Assembly: GCF_018977255.1 (NCBI RefSeq)
Contig: NW_024704742.1
Span: forward strand, 35,900,001-35,964,000
Origin: Callorhinchus milii
Lineage: Eukaryota
Reading direction: 5' to 3'
DNA: 64,000 nt
Part shown: piece by piece, positions 1-12,340 of the stretch
How the letters are laid out: every line of letters starts with the position of its first letter
Numbering within the stretch: position 1 is the stretch's first letter
Translations under genes and position numbers: made by a program
The notes under the pieces: generated by a model
What the model saw: the letters and a program-made list of their open reading frames with translations, nothing else
Databases searched by the model: none
Told to the model about the DNA's origin: nothing

Positions 1-241
1 AGCCAATTGCACTCAGCAGTGTCCCACAAACAGTCGTGGATTGAGTGACTAAATTATTATTTTTTATTTTTTCAAAGGGATTATTACCCCCAGAAAGCAA
101 TCTGGTAATCGATTAACAATTGGGTTCCAACTTACTGATAGGTAAACAGAGGCATGTGGTGGAAGGAAACTTGCCTAAGGTCTTGCCCTGGTCCTCCACT
201 TTGCGAGGCGAGTGTTCATACCAATACGCTACAGGACTCCA
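1..241 (-). mobile_element. tRNA-derived SINE, long subfamily (5' half; runs off the window start)
   Basis: Reverse complement reads TGGAGTCCTGTAGCGTATTGG...CCTTAGGCAAGTTTCCTT...GCCTCTGTTTACCTATCAGTAAGTTGGAACCC...ACGACTGTTTGTGGGACACTGCTG. It aligns by eye with the SINE copies at 43331 and 53472. Confidence 0.85.
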
Positions 242-1307
242 CTTTCGCGTGGGAACAAACATTGAGTTTTAACGCACAGCCAAAGGGGGGGAATCTTTTT
301 AAACTGAAAATTTATTTGCGATACTTACATCCACTCCATTCACTCTGTGGGAGACACAAATTTTTCCTTTTCTGTCGTGGTAATTTTATATCCTTCAATT
401 CTGAGTTTGTGGTCTAAATGTGATAGTTTAATTGGATTGCATCATTGAAGCCACTCAACCTTTTAAGAAGCTGGATTATATTCCAAAACATTAAACATAG
501 TACTAAGAGGCTCTGGCACTTATTGCATGACTAATGCTGTAATGTTGCTGGTCAGTGAATACTTAGATGCAGATTGTTTGTGTAAAAACTACATTGACTG
601 GTCCTTGATTCTGTCACAATGGGCCTGGAACTATTCTTGAAATGAGGGTAAGTAAGGCTGTCCACTGTCACCCACCTTATTCGATCTATTCATCAATAAT
701 CTATTGAATTCCACTGAGGGGGGTGGACTTGGTGTGTCTGTCCCAGCCATCATCCTTTAAATCAAAAATGTAGAAGATCACAATGTTTTTTCAGTGCTGT
801 GTTCTTATTTAATAATAATAATAAAAATAATAAGGCACTTTTCTACCTCCATAACCTTTTCAGAGAAGCAGTGCCCCTTTAAGTGCAAATGAATCCTTTT
901 CCTGTTGACCTCTTTTCTTGTTTATGCCACTTGCTACTTGCCTCCATATGTCTTGCTTTAGCTGGGAGGGCAGAGTGCCCTAGACCACAGGCATCTCCTC
1001 AATTGGTACTGAGGCCACTCCTTTATCAGTACATTTGTCCTCTGTCTGCGCTCCAAAAATTCAATTCTGGCTCTTGGTTTATTGGACTTGGGTTGGTTTG
1101 AAGAGACTAGTTGACAGAGAGGAAATGAATCATCCTCTGGCAGTCAGGTACCAGACTAGTTACTATTTAACTCCTGGAGCGAGGGAACAAATGGACTTTA
1201 AATGGAATGCCTTAAATGGATCTTAAAACAAGTGATGTCTTAATCATGCATGTAGCAAGTTTGATTTCAGATTTAAATTTTCCTATCTGCATGTTGAGAA
1301 TATTTAT

Positions 1308-1703
1308 GTGTCAGCCTGGCTCAGTGTTAGCACTCTCACCTCTGAGTGACAAGATTGTGGGTTCAAGCCGCACATCGGGACTTGGAATCACATAGTCTAA
1401 GATGACACTTCAGTACAGTGCTGGGCGGGTGTTGCATTGCTGGAGGTGCCATCCCTTGGATGAGTCATTAAATTGATGTCCTGTCTGCCTGTTTAAAGTT
1501 CCAATGTACTATTCGAAAAGAAAAGGGAGTTTCTGGCCAACAATCCCCCAAATAAAATTGGTCACTCATTCCATGGCTATTTGTGGGTGGCTGGCTACCA
1601 TATTTGCCCACAAAACACACAGTCAAACCACTTTATAGTACATCCTGTGAAGCGCTGTCTCGACAACATGATAAGATGCTATACCAAATGCAAGCATTAT
1701 TAT
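1308..1703 (+). mobile_element. Deu-domain SINE (SacSINE1/DeuSINE-like), degenerate
   Basis: tRNA-like head (GGCTCAGTGTTAGCACTCTCACCTCTGAG...GGGTTCAAGCC), Deu-like core (GGAGGTGCCATCCCTTGGATGAG...GTCCTGTCTGCCTG...CTATTCGAAAAG) and L2-type tail (GTGAAGCGCT...GCTATACCAAATGCAAG-ATT). Confidence 0.75.
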
Positions 1704-4171
1704 TGTACAATATTACAATATAATCGTTTTCCTTTTTTTCAAGCACCATTATTCAAAATGTGAAAGCATAATTTTTGAATCAAGATGTCTAATGATAAAA
1801 TTGAGTAATTAATCCTGAACAACTGAGGTTCAATTCTATTTGATTCTAGTGACAAAAATCTACTACAGTGATGACTTAAAAAAATTGTTGCTCTGGAATA
1901 CACTTCTAACATGTATACAAAAAGATAAATATTTTTAAATAAAAATGGCCCTCGTAAACAAAAGGCCCTCCATTTGATTTTAGATACAAGAAGATTTTAG
2001 TTTACAGAACATTGTTACAACAGAAATCCTTTAAAGGCAAACAATGCTTTATGTGGAGGAGGGATGGAATTGGAATATAAAGACCTTCCACCAGACGACT
2101 GAAAAGATTTACAGTGAATGTCTCCTCCCTCAGAGATACAGTCTCTGTTTCATGAGTCATGGAGACCCAATGATGACTCATTTGACTCATGAGACTCATC
2201 TGAAAAAAAGTACTTCTCAGATAACACATTCAATGGGTTCATCTTTGCTGTTACCATTGAATTGACTAGGGATTGACTTCATTCCCAGGTTTGGACATTA
2301 GCCCTGGGAATCAAACATGGATTAAAAATTTAATACTGCACAAGACTTAAATCTTTGGCTAGTTTGGAAATGTTCTACCGAGTGTTCAGAGTATCTGGGC
2401 CTGAAAACAAAGTGCTAACTCAGCTACACTTGGCCTACAAAATTGATACCACCAATGGTCTGCAAACATGAAACAGGCTCATTCTTTGAGATTTTTAGCC
2501 TTGTCATTTGCAGTTTGGGAACCTGGATTGTTTCAGTGTTATTTTAAAGGATAACAACTAAACTAAATTGTTATCCTGGAAACAGCACTTGAAAGGTTAT
2601 CTCGGTTTTGAAAACATCAGTCTTGCAAAGTGCTGGCTGGTGCAACATTTTGGGCACTACTGCTATTCAGATACCAAGAAGGGGTATTTCAAATGTACTT
2701 TGTTCCTTAATTAAGGAACAAGATGTGTGTAGGAATACTGCAATTTTGAACCCTATATTTTTCCAGTTTTATTACTGTTGTTTTCTTGTTTCTTTCCATT
2801 TACTTCTATGGAAACATGGCAAGTTATCATTCAGATAAAAAAATGTTTTGCTAGTGACTATTATGTTGTAATTTGATTCAGCTTGTTTCATTTGTGGTTT
2901 ATGTGGTTTATCATTGCTGACAATTTGATTCGCTTTAATTTGATGACCGTTTCCTTATGATTTATCTTTATTAATTTCAACGCAATGGCTGTTTTACAAG
3001 TCATGGTATTCCAAGCAAATTCATTCAATTTGTTTGGATTGCAAACTGGCTGATTGTCTCATTAGTTCCATTTCAGTGCAGTGCTGATTTTCCTTCTCCT
3101 TGTATTACTAGCAATGCTGTGTTGCGGTGGGAGCTGTTTATTTTTGTTTCTTCACTGGTAATTTAGCTTTGCCACTTTTTCTGAGGGTTCTTTTCTTCCA
3201 CATCGTAGTTTCCATTGGTCAACTTATTACTGTACTTAGGATTCAGTATAGTTTAACCAAATTACTGTTTTTTTAATTCTTTGCGGGCAGTCAGCCATTC
3301 TACCTAATTAAGGAGCATGGAGCATGTTACAATTTTTAGGCAGCAACTCTTACTGCTTCTGTGTGTCTTTGCATCTTCTTCAGAGAATTCACATAGAATA
3401 GAATCATCTAAGATTTTAGCACAGAAGCAAACCATTGAGTCCAGCCTGGTGCTAGCTTCTATATTAGAGCTAAATGCCCTAATCCCAGTTCCCTGCTCTT
3501 TCCTCTTTTATATTGTTTCTCATCACAGACTTGTCCAATTTCCTTTTCAGATGTTATGGCCTTAGCTTGAATAGCACTTGTGGATAAGCATTTTAGTGGG
3601 TTCATGTTCTATTTATACTGTGCTGTTTGCGGTGAATTGATGTGAACATTCATTGAGTCACCGCGAAAACTAAGGCAGTACAGTTTTATAATCCAAATGG
3701 GATTCATGTTGGAGTGTACCTTCCAAAACCACCTAAAGGTATTTTCTCAGAAAATTCCTTTGAAAGACTGCAATATAATAAATAATCCTTACATTTAACA
3801 TTTAACATTTTACATTTAACCCATTATATTTTTTACCTTTCACACCCGGAGGACATTTCAAAGTGTTTCACAGGATACTATAAAATAGAGTGACAGTGTT
3901 CGCTGACGGCAAAATGTAATGAAGACGGTGCAATCAATTTGCTTCTTGTTTGAAAAGAGGCCTTAAAATTCTTGAAATGATCTTTTGGGCTGCCCACCAC
4001 TATTTAAAGGATCATTTTTAATGTTTTTAAACAGCCAGTCATAGTACAGTAATGTTAAACAACTAACTGATGTTCAGGACTACAACAATAATAACAACTT
4101 GCAATTAATATAGCGCTCTTCATGTGGTAGCATCCCGGATTTAGGAGATCCCTCGGCATGCATGTAGTTGC

Positions 4172-5903
4172 TGTTGCACACAACTTTCATCAGCCATGAT
4201 AAATTGATCACCCCCCACCCATCCCCCACTATACTCCTTCGACCCTATCTCTCCCTCCTCCCTCACCGCGATTGCTCGCAAACTCAAACCCACCACCTGC
4301 TCCCTCAATTCCATCCCCACTTCTCTCCTCATCTCCCAGCTCCACTTTCTGGCCCCTCTCCTGTCCGACGTCATCAACCTCTACTTGTCCATGGTTCAGT
4401 TCCCACCCCCCTAAAAACAGACGTCATCACCCCCATCTTGAAAAAAACCTTCCCTGTATCCATCCCTCCTCTCCAGCTACTGCCCCATCTCTAACCTCCC
4501 ATTCCTCTCCAAGGTCCTGGAACGAGTCATTGCGTCCCAGCTCCGCTCCTTTCTCTCTCACCATTCCCTCTTTGAACCCCTCCAATCCGGCTTCCTCACT
4601 GCCCACAGCACGGAAACAGTCCTGGTCAAAGTCACTAATGACATTCTGAACATCTGTGATCAGGGCTCCTTCTGCCTCCTTGTCCTCCTCGACCTCTCTG
4701 CCGCCTTCGACACTGTCGACCACTCCATCCTCATACACCGCCTCTCCTCTTTACTTACTCTTCGTGGACCTGCCCTTGCCTGGATCGAATCCTATCTCTC
4801 TCACTGTCTCCACTTTGTTGCCTCTAACGGTTTCTCCTCCAGCCCCCGCACTGTCACATCTGGCGTCCCCCAGGGTTCTGTCCTTGGTCCTCTCCTCTTC
4901 AAACTGTATATGCTCCCCCTTGGTGACATCATCTGCAGACATGGGGTCAACTTCCATATGTTTGGGGACGACACCCAACTCTATCTTTCTGCCTCCACCC
5001 TCAACTCCAGGACCGACAGACTGGCTGTCGGACATCAAGTCCTGGATGAGGGCAAATTTCCTACAGTTGAATGTGAACAAGACTGAGGCCCTCCTGATTG
5101 GTTCGCGCCAGCGCCTCAGCAACTCAGGCTCTGGCAGCATCAACCTCCATGGTTGCACACTACAACTCACCAGCCAGTCAGGAACCTGGGTGTCTTGTTC
5201 GACCCTCAACTGTCTTTTCTTCCCCACATCCAAGCCATGACCCGCTCTGCCTTCCCTCACCTCCGTAACATCGCCCGACTCAGCCACTACCTCACTCTTC
5301 AGGCCACTGAAACTCTTGTTCATGCCTTCATCACCTCCAGGCTCGACTATGCAAACGCCCTGGTTGTCGGCCTTCCCAACTCCTCCCTCCACAGGTTGCA
5401 GATAATCCAGAACTCTGGAACCCGTGTCCTCTCCCGCACCAAACTCTGTGACCCCATTCTCACCCGACTCCATTGGCTCCCTATCCTTCAGAGGATCCAG
5501 TTCAAGATCCTGGTCCTCACTTACAAAGCCGTCCATGGCCTCTCTCCACCCTACCTCTGTGACCTCCTAACCCTCGCTCCCTCCACTCAGCCGGCTCTGG
5601 CCTGCTCCACGTCCCCCGACCCACCCGCTCCACCATTGGTGGGAGAGCCTTCAGTCACTCTGCTGCCAACCTCTGGAATTCAATCCCCCAATCACTCCGC
5701 CTCGTCCTCTCCTTAGCCTCCTTCAAGTCCCGCCTCAAAACCTTCCTCTGCGACCATGCCATCGGCCACACCCCTTCCCCTCCCCTCCCTTCTCCCACCC
5801 TGACCCCAGCTCAGGTCTGAAATGCTGTACTCTGTCCAGCACCTTGGGACATCCTCCCTACGTGAAAGGTGCTATACAAATGTAATCTTGTTGTTGTTGT
5901 TGA
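4172..5903 (+). mobile_element. L2-clade LINE, 5'-truncated, frameshifted RT (ORF2) plus 3' UTR
   Basis: RT motifs in shifting frames: PISNLPFLSKVLE, QSGF..AHSTET, LLDLSAAFDTVDH, GVPQGSVLGPLLF, FGDDTQL, WMRANFLQLN, VRNLGVLFD, LVHAFITSRLDY, LHWLP. Ends in a stem-loop plus (TTG)n. Confidence 0.95.
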
Positions 5904-6096
5904 TTTTGTAGTGAAAAAGCTAAATAATATAAAGCAAAGAAAGATATGATATGAAGCTTTGAAAGTCTTTGAATCAGCCTGGATTCACTGGATAAACGTC
6001 AGGAGGTTGGGGACTCATACCAGCTTCTCAATTTCTCCATCTTTAAGAATACATGGGAAATTGTAATGTATAACAGATTTGTCAACACATTGTCAC

Positions 6097-6370
6097 CTCA
6101 CTCTCTCTGAGACCTTTAGAGACGGGTTAGGGTGAAACCTCACGCTCTCTGAAGTCTTCAGTGACTTGGATCAGCTTGAGGCTTCAGTCTCTCTAAAGCC
6201 TTCAATGCCTTGGGTCATAGTAAAGCCTTGCGCTCTCTGAGACCTTCAGTGACTTGGATCAGAGGGAAGCCTCTTTCAGTCTGAGGCCTTCAGTCACTTG
6301 TGTCAGGGTGATGCTTCACTTTCTCTGAGGCTCTTAGGGACCTGGATCACAGTGAAACCTCTCTCTGTCT
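6097..6370. repeat. Diverged minisatellite, about 44-bp unit, about 6 copies
   Basis: Recurring unit of the form CTCTCTGAGACCTTCAGTGACTTGGATCAGGGTGAAGCCTCACG, with substitutions. Confidence 0.8.
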
Positions 6371-8009
6371 CTCCCACTTACCTTTGCTTGGAAATCAGAA
6401 GCTGGGGATGCCTGGAATCTGTATAGTTGGTACCATCATTTTTCATTGTTGTCAATTGTCGCCAAATATCATCTTCGTTCATCATCACTGAGGCCAATGC
6501 ATCAACAGCACACATTTTCTTTCTCAATCCTTTTTTGAAGTATTGACGAATACATTTAAAAACACATATATGTTTATTTGAATATAAAAACTGGAGTTCT
6601 CTCCCTGCCTAAGTTGTAGCCAAAACATAAAAGTAAACTAAGAGGCACTGAAAGAAAAAACTGGAGTATTTTTAGGTTATTGTAATCGCAAAGATGATAA
6701 AGCTATTAACAGGCAGTAAGCTTATTTAATTTATTAACTTATTTAATTTTCCAAATATTCAGTGGGGGAAACAATCCTATTGTCATATTTAACAATTATG
6801 GAAGCCAAATATGTTCTCTATTGCCAACAATAAGAAAGGAGGCAGCAGCTGGATTCAAATAATACAGTAAAGCAATGGAACACACATGATTTATGAATTT
6901 TGTTCCCGGTACAGAAAATTATGAAATAAAGTGTATTTACATTTCTACAGGAGTGTTTACAGGAGTTATATGTTTTGGACAATGTTACACTTCAAGAATG
7001 GATTGGTATCTGAGTCTTGAATTAACAATGCATAAACATCATATTTTATAACTTACCTCATCAAATCGTTATGGCTGCTTCATTTCTTTTACATTGTTGT
7101 GCCAGTCAGCTGTGCTATGATTAGCCTATGAATGTTTACATTAAATGTTCCCGAACTTAGTCATTCGTAAATACCCGAGAACATAAGAAACGTCCATAAA
7201 CAATCAGCCCATCAAAACTACTATTTCCATAGACTGTGCAGAATCTAACCCATCAAGCATGTAAGCAATGCATTCAATGTTCTAAGGAAAACCGAGGTGT
7301 TGTTAGTGGTGCCTGAAACTGGAAATAGTGCATTGTGGCGTAAACTGCATCTCTAGCAGGGAACCCCATACATTCATGTCAGCTCATGAAGCCTCAGCTC
7401 TGATTGTAGATACTTGACGTACTGCTTATCTGAAAAAAGTGTTTTCAGACCTATTTTGTTCTATTTGACTATTTGATCGTTCTCATTCTGATAACCTCCA
7501 ATCTATTTTCCAATTAGGAGGTATTGTGCACCTTATTTTATCAGAGAATAAATCGCATTGGCTTCATTATGCTTGCTTCTAGCTGCAAAGTCAAGCTCGT
7601 AGAATTGTAAAATGAACTGCAATGTTAGTTGCTGCAATAGGAAATAAAATGTGTTATAAATTATGCCACCTTATCATAACAGTGTGTAGAATGTGATTGA
7701 AGACACTGAATGCCAGCCAATCTATTACTGCTTGTTTTTTTATGACTAAAAGGAAGCAGAGTTTGTTGCTGGCGTGACTTGCTAGTGCTTGCAATGTCGT
7801 GACATTGAGCGAAGCTTTATGGGGAGATTATCTCTGGTTGTTCCGGGATGTGGGCCTCCTCCACTAACACTCCCAATGAGATGCTACCGGCCACGTCAAC
7901 CAGAGAAGAAGCAAATCTCATTTTTATATTTCACCTTTCATGTAAAACAGTGTTTCAAAGAGTTTCACAAAATGACTTCATTTCTATGTATTTCATTTCC
8001 TGCAGCTGA

Positions 8010-8822
8010 ATGTCGGCAAGATGGAAGCCATATTCTTTGGCTCCCATCAAAGTCTTCTCTCCTACAGGTCTGAACTCCACAACCTCCCTGGCTCTCCCTC
8101 AGACTCTCAGAACCCATGCGCAACTTAGGTGTCAGGTTCGATCCCCAGCTTTCCTTTCTACCACACATCCATTCCTTGACCAGGATCGCTTTTTTCCACC
8201 TCCATCAATTTGCCCGCCTCCATCCGTATCTCACAACCAATGCAGCCGAAACCCTCGTCCATGCCTTCGTCACTTCCCAGCTGGACTGTTCCAATGCCCT
8301 CCTCGCTGGTCTCCAATGAATACAAAATCCAATTAATTAAAAACTCCGCTGCCCGCATACTCAACAGCATAAAACTCCGTACCCCCATCACACCAGTTCT
8401 TGCCAGACTCCACTGGCTCTGAATCACCGAACAAATTTACTTTAAGATCCTCTCACTCATTTTCAAATCACTTCATTCCCTTGCACTTCCCTACCTATCC
8501 GACTTGCTTACCCCCCACTCCACCACCTGCTGCCTCTGCTCGGCTGGCTCCAGCCTTCTATTTGTCCCTCGTGCCTTCCATTCAACCATTGGCGGCCAGG
8601 CCTTCACTTGGCCCTAAAAATCTGGAACTTTCTCGCTCAATCCCTCTGCCTTGCCCCCTCCCTCCCTACCTTCAAATCCCGTCTAAAGACCTTCCTTTTT
8701 GATTGTGGTTATGGTCACCTGCTCACTCCTTTCCCCTTTGCTCGCTGTCAGACTCTGCCACTGTGAAGCACTCCGGGACGCTGCCCCTTGTGAAGGGTGC
8801 TACATAAATGCAAGTTGTTGCT
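8010..8822 (+). mobile_element. L2 LINE 3' fragment
   Basis: MRNLGVRFDPQLSF, LVHAFVTSQLD and ARLHWL motifs; tail GTGAAGGGTGCTACATAAATGCAAGTTGTTG. Confidence 0.9.
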
Positions 8823-10299
8823 CTAATAAATTTAATTGAATCCCATCCAATTTGGGAGCCAAATGTGTATTTTGTTGATATAAGAAGTATCATCAGTTTG
8901 CAATAGCACACAGTTGGGTACATAGCAGATGGTATTTTCCTTCCTGTTAGTATATCAAGTTGGCGATAGGCATTTATAGTGGGAATCTTAGTGCATTGAT
9001 AAGAGAAATTTGTGAAGTCACTACACTTTGTGCAAAGCAGAATGGATTTTCTAGTTTCAACATCAGATAAGGCTCCTTAATTACTTGAGCAGCCCAAATT
9101 GCACCAGTGTAACATTGCAATTTCCTACCACAGTCATTTTGTTGCCTTTATAATTCATTAATAAACAGTGTGAACACAATGTGAATGATATTGTTGAGTC
9201 TGTACCAAATAGAGAAAAGAGGGTTATATTTTACATCAAGAGAAGAATAAACACCCAACACATTGTTTCTAGCTGTATTTAGTAAACCAGCTCGAATGTG
9301 TTGTTATGTGTGTTTTCTATCTCCATGGAATATTTACAACATTATGACATGGAAACTACTTGAAAACTATTTGTTCTGACGAACCTTATGTTAGGAAGCT
9401 TTATTGAGAAATAATCCAAATAAGTCAGTGAAGGTTACAACCATGATTAATTGCAGTCAAATATGTGCAGATTCTTCTATATTTATTTAGAACATGGAAA
9501 AACTATCCCAAACATATGGAAAGCTTCAATTGAAATATATATATATATGTGTGTGTGTAAAAAGACCAGGACAAAGTCCTCGTCAAACCATTAGCAATTT
9601 GTTATTGTTTCCGACTTGTTAAACCACCATTACTGAAACCTGGCTGACCTTTCAACAGCATTGGGGTCTAAATTGCGAGATTCTCAAAAGGATTGGAAAT
9701 AATGAATCTTGGATGTATCAGCTACGATCCTCTGGAATTCCGCTTGAACTGCAACTCCACACATGTCGAAACTGAGATCACTGTCCGAGCAAATTGCTAG
9801 AGAGTCGGCCATGACCTATCCAACAATCACTATTTCCATATTGTTTTTCGAATGTTACACTTAAGACCACATTGTTTCTAGCTTCACTGAACAATGTAAT
9901 GTTCTTTATAATGCCAAGGATATTCTTTTTAATGTGTAAAATCAAAACTTGTCTTTTGGAATATGGAGAATCCTCTTATAGTACCCTTTGATAGAGAATG
10001 TCCTTGCTTCAACACAGATCTCATGCTGATCCATTGTTAATCAGAAGCATCATACACCCGACTTTGAGCACTGATTACCCGACTTTAACTCTCTACAAAA
10101 TGGCCAAAAGTGAGGATTAGTCAATTGTCCAATACTCAACACATGTTTTGGGAACTCTAGGATTATAGCATTAGAGAAGCAGGTTCCAATTCGGCTGAAG
10201 GAGCTGAAAACCAGTGGAATGGATTATCTATATCTCCTGGGTATTTGAACAAGGGAGAAGGTTTGTGAAGCATTAATAATATTAATAATCCGTGGATTT

Positions 10300-10681
10300 G
10301 GTATTGTGCCTTTCACATCAGGATGACATGCCAATGCACTTCGTGGGATATATTTGTAAAGTGAAGTGACTGTGTTTTATGGATGAACACAGCAGTCAAT
10401 CTACACACAGCAATGCCAGTGACCCACAAATAGCCATTTTTTTATTTTGGAGGATTGTTGTCCAGGACACTAGGAGAAACTGCCTTGATTAGTGCTTTAA
10501 TGTCCAACCTGAACAGGCAGATGGGCTTCTGGTAATGTTGCACCTCCAACAATACAGCACACTTCCAGCACTACATTGGAGCATCAGCTTAGACTATATG
10601 AGTTCCAAGTCCCAACATAAGGCTTGAACCCACCACCTTCTGACTCAGAGGTGAGTGCTACCAACTGAGCCAGCCTGACAA
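10300..10681 (-). mobile_element. Deu-domain SINE, degenerate
   Basis: Reverse complement starts TGTCAGGCTGGCTCAGTTGGTAGCACTCACCTCTGAGTCAGAAGGTGGTGGGTTCAAGCC; same family as the element at 1308. Confidence 0.75.
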
Positions 10682-11759
10682 CAAATGATCATTGATGGTC
10701 ATTGTGGTTCTGACATGACCAACAAAATATGCATCCATGAATTTCTGTGAACCTTTTTTCTGAGTACATGGGATATTGTGGGCAATTTACTTTCCAAATG
10801 AGAGTATAAACTGGGTTCTAATTTCAGTTAATTTCTGGCATGAGTGCACTTTATATTATTTGGTGTACATGTTCACAACTTGTTGGACTTCAGAGTGCTA
10901 TCAAAGCTGCATTGCTGTAAATTCCATAATGGTGTAAATTCTACAATTCTTTACTAATATGATGTGCTCTCCATGCCTCCTTCAGCTTCCACCCCCAACA
11001 CCGTGAGACGTCAACTTTGAGATGTCCTCCTGATGTAAAAGGCACTATATATTATGGAAATTGTTTTGTATTATCTGGAGCAACCTAACTGAAGCAATTT
11101 TCAATAACTGGGACGTCAATTTCTTTATATAAATGTAGTTGATGATGGAGTCTACCACAGACATCCCTAATAGTAGGGAATTTTTGGTTTTATGTTTATT
11201 ATGGGATTTCCCATTCTAACCAAATACTGAGAAGATTGCTGCTGTTAGCACTGCATGCGCAATATTAATTTTGTTGACAACTAGATTCAATCAATCAACA
11301 AACGAGGATGATTTATTCTCGCCTGTTCATATGCAGCAGGCATTTGTTGCCCAGTTTCGTGCCAATTGTAGTTTTAAGAAATGTGTTGACAGTTCTCGGA
11401 ATAATATTTATTTCTCAAGTGTATGCACCCACTTATGACATATATATTACTCCAGCAATACTAAAGTCAAGTCTGCCACAAATAACATCTGTCGATTAGT
11501 TGAACATCTGGTTAACATGGTTTGTTGAGATAAGCAGTCATTTTCTGTCACTGAATACAAATGACTTGTTTAACAACTAATTTTCAGAATTTGGCAACAA
11601 ATGCATACTGATTTTCCAGCTTTTTTAACAAATATACAATCCTCTGCCATTCATCTCATAATCCAATGATCTTCTTGATGCATACCAATGACAGATGGAC
11701 TGGGGTGTGGGGTGTGTTGTAGCATAGATCATCAGATGATATTGCTCTTACAGTTTGTA

Positions 11760-12340
11760 AGATCACAAAAGAGGTACAGATGAAGAAAGCCCTTCGACTA
11801 ATTTGAGCTCAACCGTCCAGAATAGCCACTTTCTTCTCATTATAGCATCAAGCTGTCTCTTAAATGAGTCCTGCATCTTGGCCATTAACATCCTTCCTGT
11901 TAATATGTTCCAGCTGTTAATTATTCTGTAGAAAAATACTTTCCTTAAATTCACAATCCTGAACCTATAATCTCCTGACTTGTTGCATTGATGTGTTTGA
12001 AAACATTGTTGTGGATTTAATTTTTTAAAAACTACTTCGCAATTTAGAGCTTCCAGGGGTCCCCTCTGAGATGCCTCTGTTCAAGGTTGAAGAACTGTAG
12101 CTTATCTAGTAGTTTCTCACAGCTTAGCCCTCTCACACTGAGGATCATCCTTGTTGAATGCTCTATCTGGACAAACCCTTATGTTGTGGCAACCAAAATT
12201 GAACACAGCATCTCAGGTGTAATTCTAACTATATTACTGTACAGTTTAAGCATGACTTCCATGTAGTTTTAATTTGGCAATACAGTTCAGCATCTTGCTT
12301 GCCTTGGTAATTGCTGCCTCACACTGTTTATTGTCATTGC
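11760..12340 (-). mobile_element. CR1-like LINE 3' remnant
   Basis: Minus-strand RKVFFYRIINSWNIL...FKRQLD resembles the CR1 ORF2 C-terminus (RKHFFSQRVVNLWNSL...FKxxLD). Confidence 0.65.

Noticed and set aside
4751..5536. 261-aa minus-strand ORF
   Set aside because: It is the antisense shadow of the C-rich L2 RT sequence.
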